A DNA stretch of 64,000 bases from the NCBI GenBank assembly GCA_964384035.1, contig CAYLIB010000006.1, forward strand, positions 13,336-77,335, read 5' to 3'. Made by a program: the position numbers and the translations under genes. The notes beneath the pieces were generated by a model that saw only the letters and a program-made list of their open reading frames with translations, did no database searches and was not told the DNA's origin. The stretch is from an uncultured Candidatus Saccharibacteria bacterium (GTDB taxonomy: Bacteria > Patescibacteriota > Doudnabacteria > UBA920). Shown here piece by piece: positions 41,499-50,595 of this stretch. How positions within the stretch are numbered: position 1 is the first letter of the stretch; every line of letters begins with the position of its first letter.

Positions 41499-41535
41499 TT
41501 AAAAGCCACTCTTATTTTAAGAGTGGCTTTTAATT
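41497..41535. terminator. Intrinsic terminator hairpin
   Basis: aattaaaagccactctta-ttt-taagagtggcttttaatt. Confidence 0.75.
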
Positions 41536-41604
41536 TTCCCCAACCAAATTTTTAAAAAATGTATTAATATTTTAATACAGTAGCTTTAGATAGGAGGAAA
41601 TAAA

Positions 41605-41940
41605 ATGCTGCAACCCCGTTTGCCTAAATACATGGAAAGAATGAAGGTGGTAACAGACCCTAAGAATGGTAGGGTTTCGCTCCGCTCATTAGATGACAAG
41701 GAGCGTTTCATCCTTCCACCCATGGCAATGCTTAAAGTAAGGATTTGCGGACAGTCTAATGAGGGTTATCCGTTCACCAACCCGACTTTAGCTATTTACG
41801 ATACGCAAATACCCGAGAAAACAATTCTTGAGGATCATATGGAAAAAAGAATAATTTTTATAGACTCTCAAGAAGAAATAAAATTTGAATTCCTACCTCC
41901 AGGAACCCAGTTGGTATTAATGCCTAAAAATTGGCTTTAG
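41605..41940 (+). CDS. Hypothetical protein
   Basis: 111 aa, AGGAGG RBS. Confidence 0.6.
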   Translation: MLQPRLPKYMERMKVVTDPKNGRVSLRSLDDKERFILPPMAMLKVRICGQSNEGYPFTNPTLAIYDTQIPEKTILEDHMEKRIIFIDSQEEIKFEFLPPGTQLVLMPKNWL

Positions 41941-41957
41941 TCTAACTGGTTTTTTAT

Positions 41958-43016
41958 TTAGTATATTTCCCAACCACTGTCAGCGCGTACTTCCTCAGGT
42001 TTAATGGTTTTAACCCCTTTTCTCAAATTCATATAGGCAGCGATCCCAATCATGGCCGCGTTGTCAGTACATAGCTCCATCGGTGGAACAAGAAATTCTA
42101 AATTATTTTTCTCGCATGAGCTACGTAATGAGTCGCGAAGTCGTTTGTTAGCAGATACACCACCAGTGAGTGTGATAGTTTTAGCGCCAAATTTTTTAGC
42201 AGCTTTTAAGGTTTTTTGGGTTAGTACATCAGAGACGGCCTCCTCGAAAGCTAAAGCAATCTCGGCTTTTTTAAATTTCTTATTATCCTTTAGAAAATAC
42301 AAAACAGAAGTCTTTAGTCCAGAAAAAGAAAAATCAAAGTTATCTTTATTGAGAAGGGGTCTAGGGAAAGTTATTTTGGTTGGGGCGGATTTGGTGGCTA
42401 ATTTAGAAATCTCTGGTCCCCCCGGGTAGGGGAGTTTAAGCATTCTAGCAACTTTATCAAACGCTTCCCCGGCAGCATCATCTATGGTGTTTCCTATAAC
42501 TTTGTATTTCTTTTCAGATTCAATATTCACCAGCATTGTATGTCCACCGCTAACTACAAGCGCCATGATGGGGTATTTTATTTCATCCACATTAACCAAT
42601 TTATCTCCAATTTTTCTACCTAAAGCGGAATACATGTGCCCTTCCATGTGGTTTGTAGGAACCATAGAGATGCCAGTAGATACAGCTAAACCCTTCGCGA
42701 ATTCAGTACCCACCAGAAGACTCGCTATTAATCCAGGACCAGTAGTTGGGGCAATGTAGTTAATATCTTTGAGTTGCAAGCTTGCATCAGATAATGCTTT
42801 ATCTACTACGCTAGTAATATTTTCTAAGTGCGCGCGAGCAGCAATTTCAGGGACTACACCACCAAACTTAGAATGTTGTTGAATTTGTGAATTTACTACA
42901 CTGGATACGACACTGAAATTTGGGTTCTTAGATTTTAGGTCGCAATTAAGGACAGCTGCCGCAGTTTCATCGCAGCTGGTTTCTATAGAAAGAATATTTA
43001 CAAATTTATTAAGCAT
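41958..43016 (-). CDS. tsaD: tRNA N6-adenosine threonylcarbamoyltransferase TsaD
   Basis: SIETSCDET, GGVVPEIAARAH, NHMEGH, VSGGHT, DDAAGEAFDK, CTDNAAMI. Confidence 0.97.
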   Translation of the reverse strand: MLNKFVNILSIETSCDETAAAVLNCDLKSKNPNFSVVSSVVNSQIQQHSKFGGVVPEIAARAHLENITSVVDKALSDASLQLKDINYIAPTTGPGLIASLLVGTEFAKGLAVSTGISMVPTNHMEGHMYSALGRKIGDKLVNVDEIKYPIMALVVSGGHTMLVNIESEKKYKVIGNTIDDAAGEAFDKVARMLKLPYPGGPEISKLATKSAPTKITFPRPLLNKDNFDFSFSGLKTSVLYFLKDNKKFKKAEIALAFEEAVSDVLTQKTLKAAKKFGAKTITLTGGVSANKRLRDSLRSSCEKNNLEFLVPPMELCTDNAAMIGIAAYMNLRKGVKTIKPEEVRADSGWEIY

Positions 43017-43632
43017 TTTTGGCTTCACGTTTACTTCCTTTCAATATAAATCCCCATATAACACTACTAAATAGAGTTCCAAGAACAATTATATAAATGA
43101 TATTTCCAGTTAAGGAGTGAATATACTCCCAATTACTTCCAAAAATATAACCGATTAAACAATTCATGCCAACCTCTGCCACCTCGCCAAAAAATTCAAA
43201 AAATAAATATTTATAATACGGATATTTCCCTAGTCCTGTAAGAATGTTTACCGTTGGAGCAACTGCTGTAAGAAACCTGCTCATGAAAATTGTTATAAAA
43301 GGGTGCTTTTCAAAGTTTTTTTCAATTGCGGTAAATTTGGGAGAATAAAGCATTCTTTTAAAACCAATTTTTTCTAAAACCGGCCTACCAAATTTATTAG
43401 CAATAAAGTAACCGCTGTTGTCGCCCGCTACGTTCCCGGCTACTCCCACTATAAATACCAACCAAGGTTCCATGTATCCCTGGACCGCAAATGCTGTAGC
43501 AGCCATGAGCATTGTCCCTGAAGGTAGGGGGAGAAGTAGTGCCCCGGCATAGGTAATTAAAAAAATAGCTAAGTACTTATATGTAAGGACATAAGCTAAT
43601 AGATTATCTAAGGATAAGATTGAGAGATCCAT
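43009..43632 (-). CDS. DedA family membrane protein
   Basis: LPLPSG, GNVAGDNSGYFI, SRFL. Confidence 0.9.
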   Translation of the reverse strand: MDLSILSLDNLLAYVLTYKYLAIFLITYAGALLLPLPSGTMLMAATAFAVQGYMEPWLVFIVGVAGNVAGDNSGYFIANKFGRPVLEKIGFKRMLYSPKFTAIEKNFEKHPFITIFMSRFLTAVAPTVNILTGLGKYPYYKYLFFEFFGEVAEVGMNCLIGYIFGSNWEYIHSLTGNIIYIIVLGTLFSSVIWGFILKGSKREAKNA

Positions 43633-43634
43633 AT

Positions 43635-44000
43635 TTATTTCCCCGATCTTTTATATTCTCTCACCGCATTTCTAATCTGAGAGATCACTTCTTTCTCGGA
43701 AACTTTTCTATCTTTTGCAAAATTAGAGATAACTAATTTTGGGTATCTTGTATCATCGATAGCGAGACTCTTTTCAAGGAAAGAGGAGGGGATATTAAAT
43801 ACAGTATTTACATACTCAAAAGTCATCCAGGGTCTAATATCGCTCGAGTGACTCTTTGTCATCTTTCTGATAGATAACCCTTCTTTATGTAAACCTCTGT
43901 ATTCATGTATCGTTTTTGCACAAAAAATTACAATTACCGCAAAAAGTCCAAGTATTACCACGACTTGCCATTTTTTAAGTTTTTTAAACCAATTTCGCAT
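43635..44000 (-). CDS. Hypothetical membrane-anchored protein
   Basis: N-terminal TM segment; IRPWMTFEYV motif; co-directional with dedA. Confidence 0.65.
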   Translation of the reverse strand: MRNWFKKLKKWQVVVILGLFAVIVIFCAKTIHEYRGLHKEGLSIRKMTKSHSSDIRPWMTFEYVNTVFNIPSSFLEKSLAIDDTRYPKLVISNFAKDRKVSEKEVISQIRNAVREYKRSGK

Positions 44001-44072
44001 AATTGTTTTTTAAAGTTTTACCACCAGACTTTACTAAGATAACTTTTAATTCAAAAAAAAACCAGTGTATCT

Positions 44073-44777
44073 CTACACTTGGTCGCACCAAAGTTCATAT
44101 GCGTGTCTATAAGTTTGGTCAGTATAATTTCCTAAAAAGGTTCTACGTTCAGGTTTATATAACCAAACCGACTCTCTTTTAGGTTTTCTTACCCACGCAA
44201 ATGGTGGTCTTTCATACCAAACAAAAACCTCCATCGTTGGTATGTTATCCGGGTTATCATAAATATCGATTCCCTCAATAAAATATTGACCGTGTTCCAG
44301 GAATTCCGCATTCGCAGCTTTCTTAATAAGTCCACCTATGCGGTTCCTGGCACTCACCTTTACCTTTGGGTATTCTCCACCTTTTGTCTGAATGATGTTC
44401 CTGCCGAATGACCTTCTGCCTACAATCAGGATTACTTCTCCAGATCTTTCAGCAAAGTCTCGACCTTTTCCGTATATCAGTTCAGAGAGAATTGGATTTA
44501 AATACAGAAGGTTGCTCAAATCATTACTCTCTTCTGTATCTATATACCAACCAACTCCTAATTCTATTTCCTCCTCTTCATTTTGGTAAGTGTTTCTCTG
44601 CTCTCCGTAATAGCTTCGCACCAATCCTGGTGACGGGGGTCTATGCATGAATCGCTTACCTCCAACTGTTTTATGTGTTGCCCCACGCAACACAAGCGAT
44701 TCTAATTCATTTTTTAATAATTGTCTATCTCCTTGACATTGAGTGATAATTAAGTTAAATTCCTTTTTCTCATACAT
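44073..44777 (-). CDS. Hypothetical protein
   Basis: 234-aa ORF with terminator overlapping the stop; start uncertain. Confidence 0.6.
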   Translation of the reverse strand: MYEKKEFNLIITQCQGDRQLLKNELESLVLRGATHKTVGGKRFMHRPPSPGLVRSYYGEQRNTYQNEEEEIELGVGWYIDTEESNDLSNLLYLNPILSELIYGKGRDFAERSGEVILIVGRRSFGRNIIQTKGGEYPKVKVSARNRIGGLIKKAANAEFLEHGQYFIEGIDIYDNPDNIPTMEVFVWYERPPFAWVRKPKRESVWLYKPERRTFLGNYTDQTYRHAYELWCDQV

Positions 44778-44800
44778 AGTAATAAATCGAGGAGGTACAT

Positions 44801-45067
44801 ATGGGAGAGCGCTTACGTAAGCTCAGTGAAGCTGAGGCCATAAAATTTATTATGGACAATACAGGATACAAAACCTGTCAACATATCGAGGGTTTGGGGT
44901 TACTAAAACAACCCGACGGTGCGATCTATTTTCTTGAGAGCGAAACCTGGGAAGGCGAAGTTCTAAGTGATAAACTTCTATGTGCACCATGCGGGCATGC
45001 AATAGAAGATCAATATGAACCAATTAGGCTCTTTAGTCTTTCAAAAATAATGAGAGAAGGATATTAA
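44801..45067 (+). CDS. Small hypothetical protein, possibly Zn-binding
   Basis: GAGGAGG RBS; CQH and CAPC motifs; terminator ccgatac/gtatcgg. Confidence 0.65.
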   Translation: MGERLRKLSEAEAIKFIMDNTGYKTCQHIEGLGLLKQPDGAIYFLESETWEGEVLSDKLLCAPCGHAIEDQYEPIRLFSLSKIMREGY

Positions 45068-45105
45068 AAACCGATACAACTGTATCGGCTTTTTTATTTC
45101 GGAAG

Positions 45106-46278
45106 TTATAATATCCTATATCTATGCATTTTATAAATTACAAGTATAGAAAGTAGTCCAAAGAAAGATCCAGCAACCACAAAAGCATAACTAAAAGAGA
45201 AGTGGTCATTCAGATAACCTATTAAAGGGCCAACTACAGCGAAGACTAAGCGCATTATTAGCCCAGACAAAGAGAGTATTGTTGCTCGAATATCTTCCGG
45301 TGTTTTTTTATTTATATAGTCTCTTAGAACTGGCATGTTAAGCCCTCTAACAAAGTAGGGTATAAACATTATTCCTATTCCAGCTAAACCCGGAGTATAT
45401 GCCAACCCAAAAAAACTAATAGCTAGAAGTGGCATTAATAGAATCAAAGTTTGTTTCCTGCCAAGTTTTCTTTCAATTTTCTCCGCGCTAGCAGAAGTAA
45501 TAGCCGACGCAAACTGTAAAGTCGCCCAAATAATTCCAAACCAAGCAATTGCTATTCCCGCAGCCTCAAACCTAGGTTGAATGAACCAAATAAAAGTAAT
45601 ACCAGCAGATGAAACCACGGCTGAGTAAATGGTTAACCATTTAATTTCAGTATGGTCTACAAGTCCAAACTTAATGGTTTTAATGAGTGTTTTGAATTTA
45701 CCCGCAGTTGTTTCCATTTTCTTCCTAGTCGGTTCTACAAGAGTAAGTGCTACAGGTACAGCGCAAAGTGCTGCCAATGCCTGAATGTAAAGAGGGAAGC
45801 GAAGGCTAACAAGAGCCAAAAATCCACCAAGCACGCTCGCAGTTCCCTCACTCAAATTCCAAGTAGTGTTCATCCTACCTTCTCGTTTAGTGTAGGTTCC
45901 AGTTTCCCCAATTTGAGCTAGCGTGTCGTAAAGCATTGCCGAGTCCGCACCAGACATAAGTGCTGTACCCAGAGCTAATAGTATTTCCGCTAAAAGGAAG
46001 CTTCCAAAGTTATAAGATACGGAATAAAAACCCCACGCAGAAGCCCAAACCAGCATTCCTAAGACGATAGCAAGTTTTCTGCCATAAGTGTCTGCAATCA
46101 ATCCCGTAGGGATCTCTAGGATAGCAAGTGCAATCCCAAAACAAGCCTGAAGCACTAGCACTTTCCCCACACTGAGACCGTTACTCTGGTAAAAAGGCAC
46201 TAAAATAGGCACCGAAAGTAAAAACCACCTAAGCGCCTGAATCACATACAGCTTCCAAATATTATTTTTGATATTCAT
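45106..46278 (-). CDS. MFS transporter
   Basis: LEIPTGLIADTYGRK, SGADSAMLYD, RATILS; about 12 TM segments. Confidence 0.93.
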   Translation of the reverse strand: MNIKNNIWKLYVIQALRWFLLSVPILVPFYQSNGLSVGKVLVLQACFGIALAILEIPTGLIADTYGRKLAIVLGMLVWASAWGFYSVSYNFGSFLLAEILLALGTALMSGADSAMLYDTLAQIGETGTYTKREGRMNTTWNLSEGTASVLGGFLALVSLRFPLYIQALAALCAVPVALTLVEPTRKKMETTAGKFKTLIKTIKFGLVDHTEIKWLTIYSAVVSSAGITFIWFIQPRFEAAGIAIAWFGIIWATLQFASAITSASAEKIERKLGRKQTLILLMPLLAISFFGLAYTPGLAGIGIMFIPYFVRGLNMPVLRDYINKKTPEDIRATILSLSGLIMRLVFAVVGPLIGYLNDHFSFSYAFVVAGSFFGLLSILVIYKMHRYRIL

Positions 46279-46397
46279 ATACTATATAGTAACAAATACA
46301 GAAACGAAGGGGTGGTGCTGTATGTCTAAAAGCATAGAACCTCAAAGTTTACCTACTCCACATATACTGCTAATATAAATTACTTACAAAAATCAAA

Positions 46398-46550
46398 AAC
46401 TTCCCCCAGGGAATTCCGGTAAGATCCCGGAGCTGTGCCGCAACCGTAATGTCCGCCTTAGGCGGAACAAGTCGGGTCGCTGAGAGAAGTTAAACAGTTT
46501 CCCGAGCAGGACAAATTTAAAAAAACTTCTCGGGAAAGGGGAGTTTTTTT
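46398..46550 (+). promoter_or_regulatory. Cobalamin riboswitch-like aptamer plus expression platform
   Basis: cagGGAA-tt-ccgg(taagatc)ccgg-a-gc(tgtgcc)gc-AACCGTAA...AGTCGG-gtcg-ctg; antiterminator tttcccgag/ctcgggaaa overlaps terminator aaacttctc/gggagtttT-run. Confidence 0.78.
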
Positions 46551-46552
46551 AA

Positions 46553-48697
46553 ATGCAAACCACTGAAACACAATCTACTCAAGCAGAATACCTAGACCCT
46601 GAAAACCCCGAAGGTGTTGTATTTAATCCTGACGATTTTCACAAGCCAGAAGCTATAAGTCCAGAAAAAACCAGCCAGCAGGAAACTCCCGATCAGATAG
46701 TAAACCTGGCTGGTAATTCTCTTGGTCAGGAGTACTCTATATTACACCTTCCTGATTCTAATTTCAGCGGAAGGTACGACGAAGAAACAGACGACATTCA
46801 CTATGAACACAACAACACTACTCTGAAGACTTTTAATATTGGAGGTAAAGAAGACTATAATACGCTCATTCGAGAACTAATTACAGAAGGAGTTGTTTTT
46901 AGAAAATCTGAAGACGAGAAATACGCAACGGCGTGGGTATACGATTTTAATTCAAAAGAGGTGAGGAGTTATGTGCTCAAAGCAGCGCCAAAACCAAAAT
47001 TTGAATATAGTTTTGGTAACGAGGATGACTACACAGCAAACTCAGAAACGGGCGAAGAGCAAATTACAATAAACCTGACTGAACTATTTAAAACAGAGGA
47101 TTCAAATGCTTTGCAAACAGAACAAAAAGCAGAGAGTTTTTTTTCGGTTGCAAGTCTAGCATCTATATTTACCAATAAAGAAAATGAAACCGCTTCTCCA
47201 CAAGAAACAAGTACAGTAGATACTGTTAAGAATATTTTTATTAATACATCAAGGGTAGAAGCTGAGAAGGAGCCAGAAAAAAATTGGCAAAAACTAATCC
47301 AGATAATTTACGAAGAACCAAAATCCATGGAGGCTACTTCTGCCAGAATAGAAGGACTTGAAGAAGATAAGGCAGTGGTTAAGCAAGAGGTAAGGAAAAC
47401 GATTCTTACGCAGTCTGTTGAACCAAAAGAAGTTGTATTAAGAAGTCCTCGTACTGATTCGTCAGAGAAAGATGTTCCCGTTGAGATAAATCATGTGTAT
47501 CCAGAAATAGTAGAATTTGTACATTCCCAAAAAGTGGAATCTGTACAACCACAAACCCCAGAGTCTTTTGAAACTGTCATAGGAGAAGAGGCAGATGGTA
47601 TAGAGGAAGTAGAAAGCATGGTAAACAAAGAGGAAAGTCATCTTAAAAATGAGGTTATTCAGCAAAGGGCAGATATCCAAACACCAGAAACTTTTGTGGG
47701 TACAATATCAGAACCAGTAATCGAGATAGCTTCAGAAGTACAAGACCCCGTCAATTCCACGAAAGTCTCTCTCAAGGAGGGCCCCTCTATTAATCGGACA
47801 CCGGAACTCAAGGAAGATTTTACAGTGGATATTGTGCACAATTTAAAACAAGAAGTTGTGGAATCCGTCAGAAGAATAGAAAGTACCCAAAGCCAATTAG
47901 TTATTCGTCCCGAGGTGCTTACAGAAGAGATTTCGCAGGGAGATAAATTAGAAGAGTCGGTCAAATTGCCAGATCCAAGAAAAATAGAAGATGTTGTGCT
48001 CAAAAAGGAAGTCCTTAATGCTGTTGTAGTAGACGAAATAGTAGAGCTTAAAACATCAGAGCCGACAGAATTACAAAAAACAGAATTTGAACAACCAACT
48101 GAAACCATCGTACAGCAAGCCTTAGAGCAATCCTTTGAAGAAATGACTATCGCAGAACAAAAGCTTACTGAAAAAGATGAAAAATATACGGTTCTGGAAG
48201 TTCTAGAACAAGAAGTAAAACCCCCAATCGAAGCTTTATCCAAAGATTTAAGTCTTAAAGGTGTTACTAAGGTAATCATTCCGGAAGCCAGTACAACCCT
48301 AAATCAAATAAAGCCAAATCAAATAAAAATAGAGGAGGGCTTAGAAAAGCGAACTGAATCATTACACCCTCTTCAAGTCCACAAAGAAGAAGTTATTGTT
48401 AAGCAAGAAGATCTGTTAAGTAAAAGCAATCAAGATATTAAATCTCCTAAGTCAGAAGGAATTACTCAAGAGATATTTATAGGCAGTACGGTTTCGCTCC
48501 AGGTCGAAGACAAGCCCAAAAAAATACCAGAAGTTAATTTAGCAAAAGAAAAAAAACCCGATGTTTCGAGGACTGTCTATATACAAGAAAATTTCCGAAG
48601 AAGATTTTCAGGGGTGGGGGATGTCCAGCAAGAGTCATTTACCACAGTAAATTCTCCGGTGCTAGACTCAAATCTAGTAGCAGAAGTAAGTTCCTAA
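46553..48697 (+). CDS. Large acidic low-complexity protein of unknown function
   Basis: 714 aa, E/T/V/S/P/K-rich, no Cys, no signal peptide or TM segment evident. Confidence 0.8.
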   Translation: MQTTETQSTQAEYLDPENPEGVVFNPDDFHKPEAISPEKTSQQETPDQIVNLAGNSLGQEYSILHLPDSNFSGRYDEETDDIHYEHNNTTLKTFNIGGKEDYNTLIRELITEGVVFRKSEDEKYATAWVYDFNSKEVRSYVLKAAPKPKFEYSFGNEDDYTANSETGEEQITINLTELFKTEDSNALQTEQKAESFFSVASLASIFTNKENETASPQETSTVDTVKNIFINTSRVEAEKEPEKNWQKLIQIIYEEPKSMEATSARIEGLEEDKAVVKQEVRKTILTQSVEPKEVVLRSPRTDSSEKDVPVEINHVYPEIVEFVHSQKVESVQPQTPESFETVIGEEADGIEEVESMVNKEESHLKNEVIQQRADIQTPETFVGTISEPVIEIASEVQDPVNSTKVSLKEGPSINRTPELKEDFTVDIVHNLKQEVVESVRRIESTQSQLVIRPEVLTEEISQGDKLEESVKLPDPRKIEDVVLKKEVLNAVVVDEIVELKTSEPTELQKTEFEQPTETIVQQALEQSFEEMTIAEQKLTEKDEKYTVLEVLEQEVKPPIEALSKDLSLKGVTKVIIPEASTTLNQIKPNQIKIEEGLEKRTESLHPLQVHKEEVIVKQEDLLSKSNQDIKSPKSEGITQEIFIGSTVSLQVEDKPKKIPEVNLAKEKKPDVSRTVYIQENFRRRFSGVGDVQQESFTTVNSPVLDSNLVAEVSS

Positions 48698-48700
48698 AAA

Positions 48701-50368
48701 ATGATCACAGAGTTCGAAAAATTTACATATTATGACCTAAGGTTAGAAGCCGAAAGTGGACGACTTCCTAAAATTACTGGAAGAGAAGACGAGGTCTCGC
48801 GTTTGCTCAGAATAATTTCCAGTACCCTGGGTAGGCACAGTATTCTTGTTGCCGAAAGTGGGGTAGGGAAGAGTTCTATTATTTTCGGTTTAGCCGAACG
48901 TATTGCTCGTACTGGTTGGAGAAAAGGTTTGCCTGTGGCTATGCTTGAACCAAACTCCGCATCTCGTATTGGTCTGCTGAGAGAGGCAGGTTTAGGTCCG
49001 TATTTAAGAGCATTTGAATCGCTGACGAGGGGGGTAATTGTCCTCGATGGTTTTGGCGAATGGGTTTATGAGCAACCCAACTCTCTTTCAAATTGGAACA
49101 GTCTCATAAAACCCCTTCTAAATCTAGATGAAGTTTCTCTCATACTCGCTATGCAACCCAAAGAGTTAGAGTGGCTCAAGGTTCATAAAAGTCATTTTGT
49201 CGCACGGTTTCAAATTGTGAACATCGATCCTCTCCCTATGAAAGATTCACGAACAGTATTAATAAATACTGCTAAGAGGCTAGAGAATGAAACCCTAAAA
49301 ATAGAGGCAAGCGCTATTGAAGCAGCTTTAAATTTACCCGAAAGATTTAAAAGGTTGGGTCCATTACCTAAGTCAGGTATGGCTCTTTTGGACGAAGCGG
49401 TTACAGAGTTAAGGATTAATCCGCTATCTTTTAAATTTAATAAGGTGAATCATGAAATCATAGAAAGAGTAACAGCAAGTAAACTTCATTTACCCTTAGC
49501 AAAAGTAGCAGCAGAGGATATTGCGCGTATAAAAAGTTTGCCCGAGGTTTTAAAGAAGAGTGTTCTTGGTCAAGATAAGGCTATTTCAGAAATAGCTGGG
49601 TTCATTCAGAGATCCAAGTTAGGTTTAAGAAACCCAGATAGACCCCTGGCATCATTCTTGTTACTAGGACCCTCTGGTGTAGGTAAGACCGAAACAGCTA
49701 AGACTCTATCTGACATAGTTTTCGGTGGTACGGGTTTTCTAAGACTCGATATGTCAGAGTTCGCGGCAGAACATAGTGTAGCGAGGTTAATTGGTTCACC
49801 TCCTGGTTATGTAGGGTATGATGTTGGGGGTCAGTTAACAACTCATCTTGAATCACACCCGCATTCCTTAATACTTTTAGATGAAATAGAGAAAGCTCAT
49901 CCAAAAATTTTCGACATATTCCTTCAGGTTCTAGATGATGGACGCCTAACATCAAGTCAGGGAGTCGTAATAGACGCAACCCAATGTATATTTATAGCCA
50001 CCTCTAACCTAGCAGTGGATGAAATCCTAAAAGTAGAGAATTCGGATACAGCTGAATACTTAAGTACTAATATTATTCCTGAGCTTCAAAAGTTCCTTAG
50101 GACGGAATTCTTGAATCGTTTCGATTCTTTAGTTGTTTTTAAGAAACTAAGCGAAGAATCACTAGTTCAGATTGCCTTAAAGGAAATTACTAAAATGGAA
50201 GATCGGTTTAAGAATAAGGGTATAAAATTTAAAGTCGATCCTGTTGTCTTAAAGTCAGTAGTTGCCTCGCAGTCAGACCCACGTTTTGGGGCTCGTCCAA
50301 TAAAACGTCTAGTAGAGAAAATTTGCGAAACAGCAGTAGTAGATAGTTTATTAAATTCAAATCAATGA
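48701..50368 (+). CDS. ClpA/ClpB-like AAA+ ATPase lacking N-domain
   Basis: ITGREDEV, AESGVGKS; NBD2 GPSGVGKTE, LDMSEF, GSPPGYVGY, LLDEIEKAH, FGARPIKR. Confidence 0.9.
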   Translation: MITEFEKFTYYDLRLEAESGRLPKITGREDEVSRLLRIISSTLGRHSILVAESGVGKSSIIFGLAERIARTGWRKGLPVAMLEPNSASRIGLLREAGLGPYLRAFESLTRGVIVLDGFGEWVYEQPNSLSNWNSLIKPLLNLDEVSLILAMQPKELEWLKVHKSHFVARFQIVNIDPLPMKDSRTVLINTAKRLENETLKIEASAIEAALNLPERFKRLGPLPKSGMALLDEAVTELRINPLSFKFNKVNHEIIERVTASKLHLPLAKVAAEDIARIKSLPEVLKKSVLGQDKAISEIAGFIQRSKLGLRNPDRPLASFLLLGPSGVGKTETAKTLSDIVFGGTGFLRLDMSEFAAEHSVARLIGSPPGYVGYDVGGQLTTHLESHPHSLILLDEIEKAHPKIFDIFLQVLDDGRLTSSQGVVIDATQCIFIATSNLAVDEILKVENSDTAEYLSTNIIPELQKFLRTEFLNRFDSLVVFKKLSEESLVQIALKEITKMEDRFKNKGIKFKVDPVVLKSVVASQSDPRFGARPIKRLVEKICETAVVDSLLNSNQ

Positions 50369-50595
50369 AGATTCAAGAGCAAATAGAGAAAGAGTTCAAA
50401 GAAGCTCTGTTAAACATAAAACCGTATGTAAGTTTAAAGTGGTTACAAAAGGTAGAAGCAAGATTTAAATCTCATAAAGAAGAGCTGGATTTAATAGAAG
50501 CAGGTGAAGAAATACGTAGACATAAGAAATCACAATTCTCAGAGATTCTACCCCCTCAGTATTTTGAGCAAATATTTATGAAAAAAAATGATTGA
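50365..50595 (+). CDS. Small helical hypothetical protein
   Basis: 76 aa, overlaps both neighbours (4 nt and 8 nt). Confidence 0.65.
   Translation: MKIQEQIEKEFKEALLNIKPYVSLKWLQKVEARFKSHKEELDLIEAGEEIRRHKKSQFSEILPPQYFEQIFMKKND

Noticed and set aside
47659-48279. 206-aa Ser-rich minus-strand ORF
   Set aside because: Antisense mirror of the Glu-rich 714-aa gene
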